IMG/VR virus record: IMGVR_UViG_3300006141_000006
Strand: one strand, 5' to 3'
Source: an uncultured virus (IMG/VR IMGVR_UViG_3300006141_000006)
Lineage: Duplodnaviria; Heunggongvirae; Uroviricota; Caudoviricetes
DNA length: 64,000 bases
Position 1 is the first letter of the stretch. Each line of letters opens with the position of its first letter. This document shows positions 56,381-64,000 of the stretch, piece by piece. The position numbers were made by a program, and so were the translations under genes. The notes under the pieces were generated by a model, which saw only the letters and a list, made by a program, of their open reading frames with translations, was not told the DNA's origin and ran no database searches.

Positions 56381-56890
56381 ATGGCCGAAAAAAGAAGCAC
56401 ATTTGCTCTTTTCATTGACACAACGCCGAAAGAAACAACGGCAGATTACGCACTTGTCGGAGATGGCGTAACAGAACTTTCGATCTCGTACAACCCGCAA
56501 ACCAATACCGAACAGTATATTCACCAGGACACGGCCAACACGGAGTTGACCGGATATCAGCCCAACGCCCCCGTTACCGCACAGGTTATCAAAGGCGATA
56601 AGGCGTTTGAGTACATCAATGATCTTCGCAACCGGCTCCCGATTGGCAGCGATGCACACACAAATATTATTATGATTGATAAGTTTGAACCGGACAGCAA
56701 CGGGGCTTATCCAGCCACAAAACAGCCGGTTTCCATCCAAATTGACAGCTACGGTGGCGCGGCTTCCGACCCGCTGTCCATCGGATACACCATCAACTGG
56801 CGCGGAAGCGGAACAACCGGAACCTTTAACCCGTCGGACCGCACGTTCACCGAGGGGGCGGCAGCAGCGTATAGAGAGGATGAGATTTAA
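56381..56890 (+). CDS. Major tail tube protein (siphovirus)
   Basis: L....NP.T..EQYI motif; no sheath gene. Confidence 0.82.
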   Translation: MAEKRSTFALFIDTTPKETTADYALVGDGVTELSISYNPQTNTEQYIHQDTANTELTGYQPNAPVTAQVIKGDKAFEYINDLRNRLPIGSDAHTNIIMIDKFEPDSNGAYPATKQPVSIQIDSYGGAASDPLSIGYTINWRGSGTTGTFNPSDRTFTEGAAAAYREDEI

Positions 56891-56892
56891 GA

Positions 56893-57321
56893 ATGGATAG
56901 AATTCGCGTCAACACAGGCGAAAAGAAAATCGAAGTGAATGACAACGGCGACTTTATTACCATCAATTTCAGCGACCACGATTTCCCATCCCGTTTCTTT
57001 GCAATGCTTGATCATGTAGAGCTTTTGGCAAAGGAAGCGGAACCAAAAGAAAAAGAAATCCGCGCCAATTTTGCGGACGACAATAATGGCCTTATTCGCG
57101 CCTTATCCGACCTGGACAAGGATATCCACCGGTCTATTATGGCGGAAGTTGATTCCCTGTTCGGAGACGGGACCTGCCAGAAAGTATTTGGGGATATTAT
57201 CCCTGGAATCGAATTGTATGACGACTTTTTCAATCAGCTTCTTCCGTATATCCAGCAGTTTGGAGAAGAACGGGCAAAGCGTATGAGCAAATACCGCGCC
57301 AGCCGAACCGGCAATGTATAA
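56893..57321 (+). CDS. Tail assembly chaperone
   Basis: D.LFG.GT..KVFG motif; synteny. Confidence 0.75.
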   Translation: MDRIRVNTGEKKIEVNDNGDFITINFSDHDFPSRFFAMLDHVELLAKEAEPKEKEIRANFADDNNGLIRALSDLDKDIHRSIMAEVDSLFGDGTCQKVFGDIIPGIELYDDFFNQLLPYIQQFGEERAKRMSKYRASRTGNV

Positions 57322-57862
57322 CGCCATTTTAGACCGTCTGCCGGAGGATTACAACGGCTGGTTAATTCGCACAGATTACCGAATTGGCGTGCAAATCCAG
57401 CTCTGCCTCTCAGATTTGGACTTGTCTCCCGGTGAAAAAACGGCGGCGGCATTGTCGCTGCTGTATGGTAAAGGGATCCCAGATTTGGAAACGGCTCTGG
57501 AAGGGCTTTCCTGGTTTATGTCCTGCGGACACCCGGAGGAAGCCGCCGGAGATGACGGGGGCCCGGAAATCTATTCGTTTGAATACGATTCCGCCCGCAT
57601 TGTATCGGCATTCTGGAAAACGTTTGGATTGGATATCAGCCGCGAGAAACTGCATTGGTTTCAATTCGTCCCAATGATTGGTGACTTGGCAGACACGGCT
57701 TTTACAAGTGTAATTGATATCCGGACAACCGAACTAGCGGAAATTGATAAAAAGAAGCGTTCGGAATTTATCCGCATGAAAAAAAGGTTTGCTCTGCCAG
57801 AATTGTATACGCCGGAACAAGAATCCGCAATCAACGATTTTATGGACCGGCTGAAACAATAA
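57314..57862 (+). CDS. Gp15-like tail assembly protein
   Basis: I.TDYR, FE.D...I.SAF...G.D....LHW.QF. Confidence 0.82.
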   Translation: MYNAILDRLPEDYNGWLIRTDYRIGVQIQLCLSDLDLSPGEKTAAALSLLYGKGIPDLETALEGLSWFMSCGHPEEAAGDDGGPEIYSFEYDSARIVSAFWKTFGLDISREKLHWFQFVPMIGDLADTAFTSVIDIRTTELAEIDKKKRSEFIRMKKRFALPELYTPEQESAINDFMDRLKQ

Positions 57863-57880
57863 AACCGCGTAATGCGGCAT

Positions 57881-57920
57881 TGCACCTTGACAACTTCATA
57901 GAGATAGCGGAAATTTTGAT
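57881..57920 (+). promoter_or_regulatory. boxA-like motif fused to left arm of 30-nt inverted repeat (candidate antiterminator)
   Basis: TGCACCTTGACAAC overlapping CAACTTCATAGAGATAGCGGAAATTTTGAT (57891-57920), complementary to 59974-60003. Confidence 0.75.
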
Positions 57921-57926
57921 AATGAA

Positions 57927-57953
57927 ACCGCCCACTTAAAAATTGTGGGCGGT
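57927..57953 (-). terminator. Hairpin terminator for the minus-strand moron ORF
   Basis: ACCGCCCAC...GTGGGCGGT 9-bp stem. Confidence 0.7.
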
Positions 57954-57960
57954 GTATGTA

Positions 57961-58209
57961 TTACGGCAAGAACCAATTATGACCGCACGATTGGCAAAGG
58001 CACATCTTTTTCATAATTGTTTTCGTTTTTTCCTCGCCCTTGGCTTTTTTCCACACAAGATTTGACATTCCGAACGTCATCATAGCAGTTGTAGTTCTCA
58101 TGGAATTGTTAATATGTCCACCAAGCCCAATGCCTGTCTTCTTGGTCTTACTGCCAACTTCCTCCATGGAAATCGTCACATTTGTGCTTCTGCATTTGGG
58201 ACAAGTCAT
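57961..58209 (-). CDS. Moron: split Zn-ribbon protein with central hydrophobic segment
   Basis: MTCPKC...CQSCG; AAGGAGG RBS; own promoter TGGACA-17-TATTTT near 58235-58262. Confidence 0.7.
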   Translation of the reverse strand: MTCPKCRSTNVTISMEEVGSKTKKTGIGLGGHINNSMRTTTAMMTFGMSNLVWKKAKGEEKTKTIMKKMCLCQSCGHNWFLP

Positions 58210-58292
58210 TTCAAGCGCCTCCTTTCTTTTTTTAAAATACCACAAAATCCTCCGCGTGTCCACAAAAACAGAAAATTTTTCTAAATTCCCTC

Positions 58293-58334
58293 TTGACAAA
58301 CGTATCCACAATATTGTATTATAAATGTGGATAC
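58293..58334 (+). promoter_or_regulatory. Moron promoter with GTATCCACA/TGTGGATAC inverted operator
   Basis: TTGACA(58293)-18-TATTAT(58317); half-sites 58302-58310 and 58326-58334. Confidence 0.72.
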
Positions 58335-58353
58335 AAAAGAAGGAGGTGAAATT

Positions 58354-58524
58354 GTGCCCCCAAAAGGTAGGCCGACGGACGACCCTAAAACGCTAAGCAC
58401 TCGGATTAGACTGTCAGAAGAAGACATTCAGCGGCTTGAATTTTGTGTGCAAGCTACCGGCATGAAAAAGTCTGAAATTATCCGGCTTGGTATTAAGGAA
58501 GTCTACGAAAGGCTAAAAAAGTGA
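58354..58524 (+). CDS. Ribbon-helix-helix (Arc/CopG-like) autoregulator
   Basis: KGRPTDDPK...RIRLSEE...SEIIR.GI; AAGGAGGTG RBS. Confidence 0.8.
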   Translation: MPPKGRPTDDPKTLSTRIRLSEEDIQRLEFCVQATGMKKSEIIRLGIKEVYERLKK

Positions 58525-58621
58525 AGTAGCCCGACACCGTGGAAAGTTCCGGACTACTTCATTGACCCTCACCCGGAGGCGAGGCTAAATCTATTATAGC
58601 CCGCCTCCTGGTGAAAATCAA
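58516..58621 (-). ncRNA. Putative ~70-nt antisense RNA (sar-like) with its promoter
   Basis: Minus-strand TTGATT(58621-58616)-17-TATAAT(58598-58593); hairpin GAAGTAG...CTACTTC with T-run on the minus strand. Confidence 0.55.
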
Positions 58622-58631
58622 GGAGGAATTT

Positions 58632-58835
58632 ATGAGCGAAATTGAGAAGATGAAAAAGTACATCGAGCGGACGAAGCTCGACAAGTACAGGTATTGCCTT
58701 AGTATGGCAGAGGGGTTTTCTCTGGCGCATATGGCGCGTGAGACGAACGACTTCCCTTTTGAAGTGGTAACCCTTGCTTTCAACTATGGCAAGGCCAAAG
58801 GCTACCGGGCGGCGAAAGCGGAGGCGCGGAAATGA
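58632..58835 (+). CDS. Small hypothetical protein
   Basis: AAGGAGG RBS; AF.YG.AKGYRA motif. Confidence 0.72.
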   Translation: MSEIEKMKKYIERTKLDKYRYCLSMAEGFSLAHMARETNDFPFEVVTLAFNYGKAKGYRAAKAEARK

Positions 58836-59035
58836 AAAATCTCATTATCCCCTCCGGGAATCTGGAAAACATCACGGGACGGATGGTTTACCTCCATGCT
58901 CTTCTTGAAACCGTCTGCATGGCAATGAGTGATGATAAGATGTCCGATTCCCTTTCCGGTGTCATTGACCTTCTGCGGTCTATCCAGAATGACTTTGAAG
59001 CTGATATCGCCGCCGCTAAGGAGGTGACCACGTGA
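58832..59035 (+). CDS. Small hypothetical protein
   Basis: ATGA coupling, GGAGG RBS. Confidence 0.65.
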   Translation: MKNLIIPSGNLENITGRMVYLHALLETVCMAMSDDKMSDSLSGVIDLLRSIQNDFEADIAAAKEVTT

Positions 59036-59793
59036 ACGAACTCCAAGTCTTCAACTACGAGTCCAACGAGGTCCGTACCGTCATGATTGATGGTGAACCC
59101 TGGTTCGTCTTAAAGGACGTGTGTCAGGTGTTGGGGATTTCTAAGTACCGTGATGTCGCGTCTCGTTTGGACGATGATGAAAGGGGGCTGTTCAAGATGG
59201 ACACCCTTGGTGGGCTTCAGGAAATGACCATTATCAATGAGTCTGGCCTGTACTCCGTCATTCTCCGTTCGGACAAGCCGGAAGCAAAGCCGTTCCGCAA
59301 GTGGGTGACTTCCAAGGTCCTGCCCAGTATCCGGAAGACCGGCGAGTATAGCACCAGCAAGACCATACAGGACACCACGAAAGCATCCCTTGCTGAGGCT
59401 AGGCTGTTGAACAGTCAGGCACGGGAGCGGAACAGCCGGGTAAAGGAAGCGTCTATGTGGCTTGAGATTGCAAAAGTTGCGTCCGTACCGTCTTACTTTG
59501 CGATTTGCGCCCACTATGCAAGCACCGCACTGGCCGGGAAGGAAGTGCTTCCCTTGCCGGAGACTGGCGGACGTACTTATACCGCAAAGGAAGTCGGAGA
59601 AATTCTTGGCGGTATCAGCGCGAACAAGATTGGCAGGCTGGCTAACAAAAACGACTTGAAAACGCCGGAGTATGGTGTGGAGGTCTGGGATAAGTCCCCT
59701 CACAGCGGAAAACAGATTCCCTCTTGGCGTTACAATGAAAAGGGTGTTGAACGCCTGCGGCAGATTGTGGAGGCCCCGAATGAAACTGTTTGA
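59032..59793 (+). CDS. BRO-N family antirepressor
   Basis: VRTV..DGEPWFV.KDVC, INESGLY.VI.RS.KPEAK.FRKWVT..VLPSIRKTG.Y. Confidence 0.9.
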   Translation: MNELQVFNYESNEVRTVMIDGEPWFVLKDVCQVLGISKYRDVASRLDDDERGLFKMDTLGGLQEMTIINESGLYSVILRSDKPEAKPFRKWVTSKVLPSIRKTGEYSTSKTIQDTTKASLAEARLLNSQARERNSRVKEASMWLEIAKVASVPSYFAICAHYASTALAGKEVLPLPETGGRTYTAKEVGEILGGISANKIGRLANKNDLKTPEYGVEVWDKSPHSGKQIPSWRYNEKGVERLRQIVEAPNETV

Positions 59794-59941
59794 ACTTACG
59801 TATGACGGGGAACGGCTGACCATCCACCGGGAAGCAGAAGAACGCTTGACTGGTGAACAAAAGTACAGCCTTATTCAGACTGCCATTATTGCCGCAGCCG
59901 TTTGTGTCGTGGTGGCAGTAGTCTTCTCCGTGTTCCGGTAG
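59780..59941 (+). CDS. Small membrane protein
   Basis: GGAGG RBS; C-terminal TM helix. Confidence 0.6.
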   Translation: MKLFELTYDGERLTIHREAEERLTGEQKYSLIQTAIIAAAVCVVVAVVFSVFR

Positions 59942-59973
59942 AAGCAAAGTGAATTAAAAATCAAACTGAATAC

Positions 59974-60030
59974 ATCAAAGTTCCCGCTATCTCTATGAAG
60001 TTGAGACGGCGGGAACTTTTGGTTTCTAAT
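59974..60030 (+). terminator. Moron terminator whose 5' arm and loop are the right arm of the inverted repeat
   Basis: AAAGTTCCCGC-TA-TCTC-loop-GAGA-CG-GCGGGAACTTT then T-rich tract. Confidence 0.78.
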
Positions 60031-60053
60031 TTTTCAAGAAAGGCGGTGATATT

Positions 60054-63000
60054 TTGGCGGCTGGTTATGATGGCTCTATCAGAATCAAAGCATTATTGAA
60101 TCATGACCAATTCGACAGAGGCATTCAGGCCATGAATGATTCCGCAGATGACCTCAAAGACACGCTTGTAGAAGTTGCAAATGTTGTTGGAATTGCTTTT
60201 GGAATTGCAGCTATTGTAAATTTTGGGAAGGAAAGTGTCAATGCTGCATCTGCCTTAAGTAGTGCATTACTGGGATTACAAAGTATTGTTGAAGGGCAAG
60301 GTCAAAGTTTTAGAAAGGCTAATGCCTTTGTAGACGAATATATTTCTGATGGGCTTGTACCTCTGACAGATGCCGTAAAAGCATATAAAAATCTTGCCGC
60401 TAGAGGATATGATGACGAGCAAATCAAAAAAGTAATGATTGCTTTGAAAGATGCGGCGGCGTTTGGAAGACAATCTTCTTATTCTTTGGGTGAAGCGGTA
60501 TCCACGGCTGCGGAAGGCTTAAAAAACGAAAATTCTATTCTTGTTGATAATGCGGGTGTTACCAAAAACGTTGCAAAAATGTGGGACGATTATGCAAAAA
60601 GTATCGGAACCACGGCAAACAATTTGACGCAGGAGCAAAAGATTCAAGCCGAAGTCAACGGAATATTGGAAGAAACGCGATTTCAAGCCGGTGATGCGGC
60701 AAAACTGGTAAATACATATTCCGGCCAAGTGGCTATGCTGGGATTCAACTTCCAGCAGCTTAAAGTCCAGATCGGAAACGCCATTATGCCGGTTGTGCAG
60801 GCCGTTCTGCCGGGTATCAACGCAATTATCGCCGCCCTGCTGAAGCTGGCGAAGGTCTTTGCCAAGGTGACGGCGCTGCTGTTTGGAAAAGCAAATGCCG
60901 GAACCGTCGGGCAAGTTTCTGCCAATGAGGAAATTACATCCAGCGGACTTGCTGCGGCGGATGCAACGGACAAACTGGCAGACTCCACCGCAGGAGCCGG
61001 AAGCGCGTCTAAAAAAGCCGCAAAGGATATGAAAGGTATTCTTGCTGGGTTTGATGAACTGAACATCCTGGCAGATAAAGCGTCCGGCAGCTTGAGCGGT
61101 GCGGCTGGCGGTATTGGGGCGGGCGAAATTGACGCCGATATTCCAGAATTTGATATAGGCAATGATGCCGCAGAAGATGCAGAGGAGGCATTCAAATCCC
61201 TCGGGGAGATTTTCAAGGATACCCTAGGCTCTATGCTGACAGGAATTACCCGGCTGAAAGAGGTCTTCCTTGACTTTGCAGAGAGTTTCAATAATTTTAA
61301 CCAAACGCTCTACGATGCATTCAAATTCGACGGCGTATTAGAACGTGTGGAATGGCTGGGGCGGCGGTTGGCTGATGCATTCAACGCCCTCGTAAACGCC
61401 ATTGACTGGCAACTATGGGGGCAACGCCTGGGAGCTGGGCTGAATCTGGGCTTGCAGTTCCTGACGGAATTTATTTACACCTTCGACTGGATAAACCTCG
61501 GGAAGAAGCTGGCGGAGTTTATCAACGGCTTGGTTTACGAGGTCGACTGGTATGACTTTGGCCGGCTGCTGTGGGCCAAGTTCAAGATCGGCCTTGAAAC
61601 CTTTGCGGGGTTCCTCACAGGGTTGGATATGCCAGCTCTGGCGAAAGCAGCCAGCAGCATCATTATGGGATTCTTCGATGAAATGAAGAATACGATTGCT
61701 AAAATTGACTGGGCGGAAATTGGCCGTCAAGTTGCCCGTTTTTTATCCAATATTGATTGGATGGGTATGCTGGCTTCTGCTTTGGGCGCGATCAAAGCAG
61801 CCGTTCTGGCCGGATTTGATTTCCTGGTGGGCGTGATTGAGCAAGGAAGCCCTGGGCTTCTTGCCGCTGTTTCCCTTGTTGCCGGAGCAATGGGTGTGAA
61901 ATTTGCCACGGATGTTGTACCCAAAATAGTGAATATCGCCAATGCTTTCCAATCTTTTTTCAAAAAGATAAAAGATATTTCCGTGCTTTTAAAGTATGAA
62001 ATGGCTAATCTTTCCGGCGCAATCAACGCGGTATTCGGGCCTGGGTCTACGCTTGCCGGAATTGCAATGGTTGTTGGAGGAGCAGTCCTTGCTTTTACGA
62101 ATTTCTTCTCCATGCTCCAAAACGGATTCAGCTTGGCGAACGAAGTGCTCATGCTTCTGGGCATTGCCATTACGGCTTTGGGCGCAATCATTCTTGGCGT
62201 ATCTACGCCGGTTGCCGCAGCAATCGCTGGAATCGTAGCTGTGGCGGGTACGCTTGCGGCGGTGTTCCCAGACGTGGTAGCAGCGGTAATTACAAGCTGG
62301 GATACCTTGCGCCAAACTTTTGTGGATTCCTTACAACCGATTGTTGATGTTGTCAGTTCCATCCAAACATCTATTCAAGAATGGTTTGATCAGATGCGCG
62401 CCGGATGGGAAAACTACATTCAACCAGTGCTTCAGAATATTATTGATAAATTTAACGAGGTAGTACAACAGCACATTGCCCCGCTGATCGAGCAAATCCT
62501 GAAGCTCATTGGTAATATTTCAGAAGTTGTAAAAATTCTTTGGGAAACTATCTTATCTCCTTTTGTATCGTGGCTTATTGGGGTTATGGGACCCAAAATC
62601 GGTGCAACATTGGAATTTATTGGTAGTGTTTTTCTTACTACCATTGGCGTTATAAGCGACCTGATTACGGGTCTCCTGCAAACATTGAATGGCCTTATCA
62701 AATTTTTAACTGGTGTTTTCACAGGCGATTGGGAAAAGGCTTTCAACGGAATACGAAATACTGTCGACGGTGCAATAACATTTGTTTCTGGCATAATCGA
62801 CGGCTTCGTTGAAAATCTAAAAAGTGCAGTTAATTGGTTGAAAAATTTCCTAGGATTATCGAATGAAACCGCAAGAGTAAAATCACCAAGCGGATACAAC
62901 ACAATTCATAAGTATTCACAAGTTTATACCATTGGACGGGCAGAAAATGTTCTTAAATCTGCACCCCTGCCCCGTCTTGCCAACGGCGCAGTAATCCCAC

Positions 63001-63251
63001 CCAATCAGCAATTTGCTGCGATTTTGGGTGATCAGCGAAAAGGGTACAACATCGAAGCTCCTGCGGACCTTATTTACCAAATGGTCGCAAAAGGTATTCG
63101 GGATTCCGGCGCGGCCTTGAACGGCGGCGGAAACCGCCCCATTACCGTTATTCTGCAAGTAGACCGCCGGGAGCTTGGCCGCGTTGTTTATGAAGTGAAC
63201 ACCCAGGAAACACAGCGCGTCGGCGTTCGGCTGGCAAGGGGGACAACATGA
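60054..63251 (+). CDS. Tape measure protein (phage B)
   Basis: DGSIRI N-terminus, DW/IDW helical repeats, PRLANGAVIP C-terminal motif. Confidence 0.9.
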   Translation: MAAGYDGSIRIKALLNHDQFDRGIQAMNDSADDLKDTLVEVANVVGIAFGIAAIVNFGKESVNAASALSSALLGLQSIVEGQGQSFRKANAFVDEYISDGLVPLTDAVKAYKNLAARGYDDEQIKKVMIALKDAAAFGRQSSYSLGEAVSTAAEGLKNENSILVDNAGVTKNVAKMWDDYAKSIGTTANNLTQEQKIQAEVNGILEETRFQAGDAAKLVNTYSGQVAMLGFNFQQLKVQIGNAIMPVVQAVLPGINAIIAALLKLAKVFAKVTALLFGKANAGTVGQVSANEEITSSGLAAADATDKLADSTAGAGSASKKAAKDMKGILAGFDELNILADKASGSLSGAAGGIGAGEIDADIPEFDIGNDAAEDAEEAFKSLGEIFKDTLGSMLTGITRLKEVFLDFAESFNNFNQTLYDAFKFDGVLERVEWLGRRLADAFNALVNAIDWQLWGQRLGAGLNLGLQFLTEFIYTFDWINLGKKLAEFINGLVYEVDWYDFGRLLWAKFKIGLETFAGFLTGLDMPALAKAASSIIMGFFDEMKNTIAKIDWAEIGRQVARFLSNIDWMGMLASALGAIKAAVLAGFDFLVGVIEQGSPGLLAAVSLVAGAMGVKFATDVVPKIVNIANAFQSFFKKIKDISVLLKYEMANLSGAINAVFGPGSTLAGIAMVVGGAVLAFTNFFSMLQNGFSLANEVLMLLGIAITALGAIILGVSTPVAAAIAGIVAVAGTLAAVFPDVVAAVITSWDTLRQTFVDSLQPIVDVVSSIQTSIQEWFDQMRAGWENYIQPVLQNIIDKFNEVVQQHIAPLIEQILKLIGNISEVVKILWETILSPFVSWLIGVMGPKIGATLEFIGSVFLTTIGVISDLITGLLQTLNGLIKFLTGVFTGDWEKAFNGIRNTVDGAITFVSGIIDGFVENLKSAVNWLKNFLGLSNETARVKSPSGYNTIHKYSQVYTIGRAENVLKSAPLPRLANGAVIPPNQQFAAILGDQRKGYNIEAPADLIYQMVAKGIRDSGAALNGGGNRPITVILQVDRRELGRVVYEVNTQETQRVGVRLARGTT

Positions 63252-63643
63252 ATCTTCCTGTATTCACCGTTGACGGCACAGAGTATCCCAACGTGAACGT
63301 TTTGAGCTTGAAACGATCCTTTTCGGTCCTGGACGGTCCAAACGCCGGGCGGGTTATGGACGGCTCCATGCAGCGGGACATCATCGGTACTTATTATAAT
63401 TACACGCTGGAAATCGCATCCGATTACAGCGACCCGGAGGAATACGACCGGCTGTATGAGGTGATTTCCGCCCCGCAAAACAGCCATACCCTCATCATTC
63501 CATACGCACAGGGAACCCTTACCTTTCAGGCATATGTCGCAAACGGCGAAGATTCGCTTTTTCATATCTATGACGGCCTGAACAAGTGGGACGGCCTGTC
63601 CATCAACTTCATTGCCATGAAGCCGCAGAGGAAGCCAGCATGA
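63248..63643 (+). CDS. Distal tail (Dit-like) protein
   Basis: After TMP; AGR..DG.M.RDIIG. Confidence 0.72.
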   Translation: MNLPVFTVDGTEYPNVNVLSLKRSFSVLDGPNAGRVMDGSMQRDIIGTYYNYTLEIASDYSDPEEYDRLYEVISAPQNSHTLIIPYAQGTLTFQAYVANGEDSLFHIYDGLNKWDGLSINFIAMKPQRKPA

Positions 63644-64000
63644 GTGTTCGTATCGAGTATCAAGATATTGCCGCAGGCGCGGCGGAAGACGCCGGTATTT
63701 CCACGCAGGACGCGCAGTCCTTCAGTCAACCGGCCATGCTTCCTTTTCCGACAGACCTGCCGCCGCTGGCGTCGTTGGAACCGAATGGCTGGATTCTCGA
63801 CGGTTCCCGTGAAATCATAGACGGGCAGCCCGCCCGCTTTTGGTCAGCGGCCATGAGCGGGTCAGACGGCGCGTTTGAGGCCCCGCCGGAAATCACCATC
63901 GTTTTCCGCGCGCGGTACACGTCTCCGGGAATCTTTCTGCGGTTCGACCCCGCGTCCGGCGAATACTGCCCCCGTGTCACCATCCAATGGCGGCGCGGCA
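63640..64000 (+). CDS. Tail tip protein, 5' part (runs off the window)
   Basis: ATGA overlap; open frame MSVRIEYQDIAAGAAEDA... to window end. Confidence 0.7.
   Translation, partial: MSVRIEYQDIAAGAAEDAGISTQDAQSFSQPAMLPFPTDLPPLASLEPNGWILDGSREIIDGQPARFWSAAMSGSDGAFEAPPEITIVFRARYTSPGIFLRFDPASGEYCPRVTIQWRRG

Larger units (their letters stand above)
25175..64000. mobile_element. Prophage B: att, integrase, immunity, replication and siphovirus-type late module (truncated by window end)
   Basis: att core next to integrase, repressor/cro, replication genes, second terminase/portal/capsid/tail set without a sheath. Confidence 0.9.

Noticed and set aside
57891..60003. IS/transposon or invertase-driven segment as the main explanation of the inverted repeat
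   Set aside because: No transposase or invertase within or beside the cassette, no evident target duplication, and the right arm coincides with a terminator. Inversion is not formally excluded.

Overview
The whole window is temperate-phage DNA, probably from a GC-rich Firmicute (Clostridia/Oscillospiraceae-like; inferred from the gene families and AGGAGG/sigma-A signals). (1) About 1-24.7 kb is the end of an early region plus a complete contractile-tail (PBSX/Xkd-like myovirus) packaging, head, tail and lysis module ('phage A'). (2) About 25.0-25.3 kb is an attP-like junction: the 3' half of a tRNA-Thr(GGT) flanked by arm-type repeats. (3) About 25.4-46.7 kb holds integrase, ImmA/repressor/Cro switch, recombination/replication and accessory early genes. 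(4) About 46.9-64 kb is a second, unrelated non-contractile-tail (A118/SPP1-like siphovirus) packaging, head and tail module ('phage B') that runs off the right end. Bases 1-211 are a ~92% identical copy of 43215-43425, so a related early region feeds two different virion modules. This is best read as tandem prophages at one tRNA site. The most unusual signal is a ~2.1-kb antirepressor moron inside phage B's tail operon. It is bracketed by a 30-nt inverted repeat: the left copy follows a boxA-like motif and the right copy is the 5' arm and loop of the moron's terminator, suggesting long-range RNA antitermination. Other signals are head-associated toxin/immunity-like pairs in both phages (portal-fused in A, minor-capsid/Ntox50-like in B), a Com-like Zn-ribbon gene followed by GAGCC repeats overlapping a terminator, antisense-RNA promoters in two leaders, face-to-face switch promoters, and an integrase with an inserted HTH-like domain. 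All family assignments come from motif recognition and synteny by eye, not from database searches.
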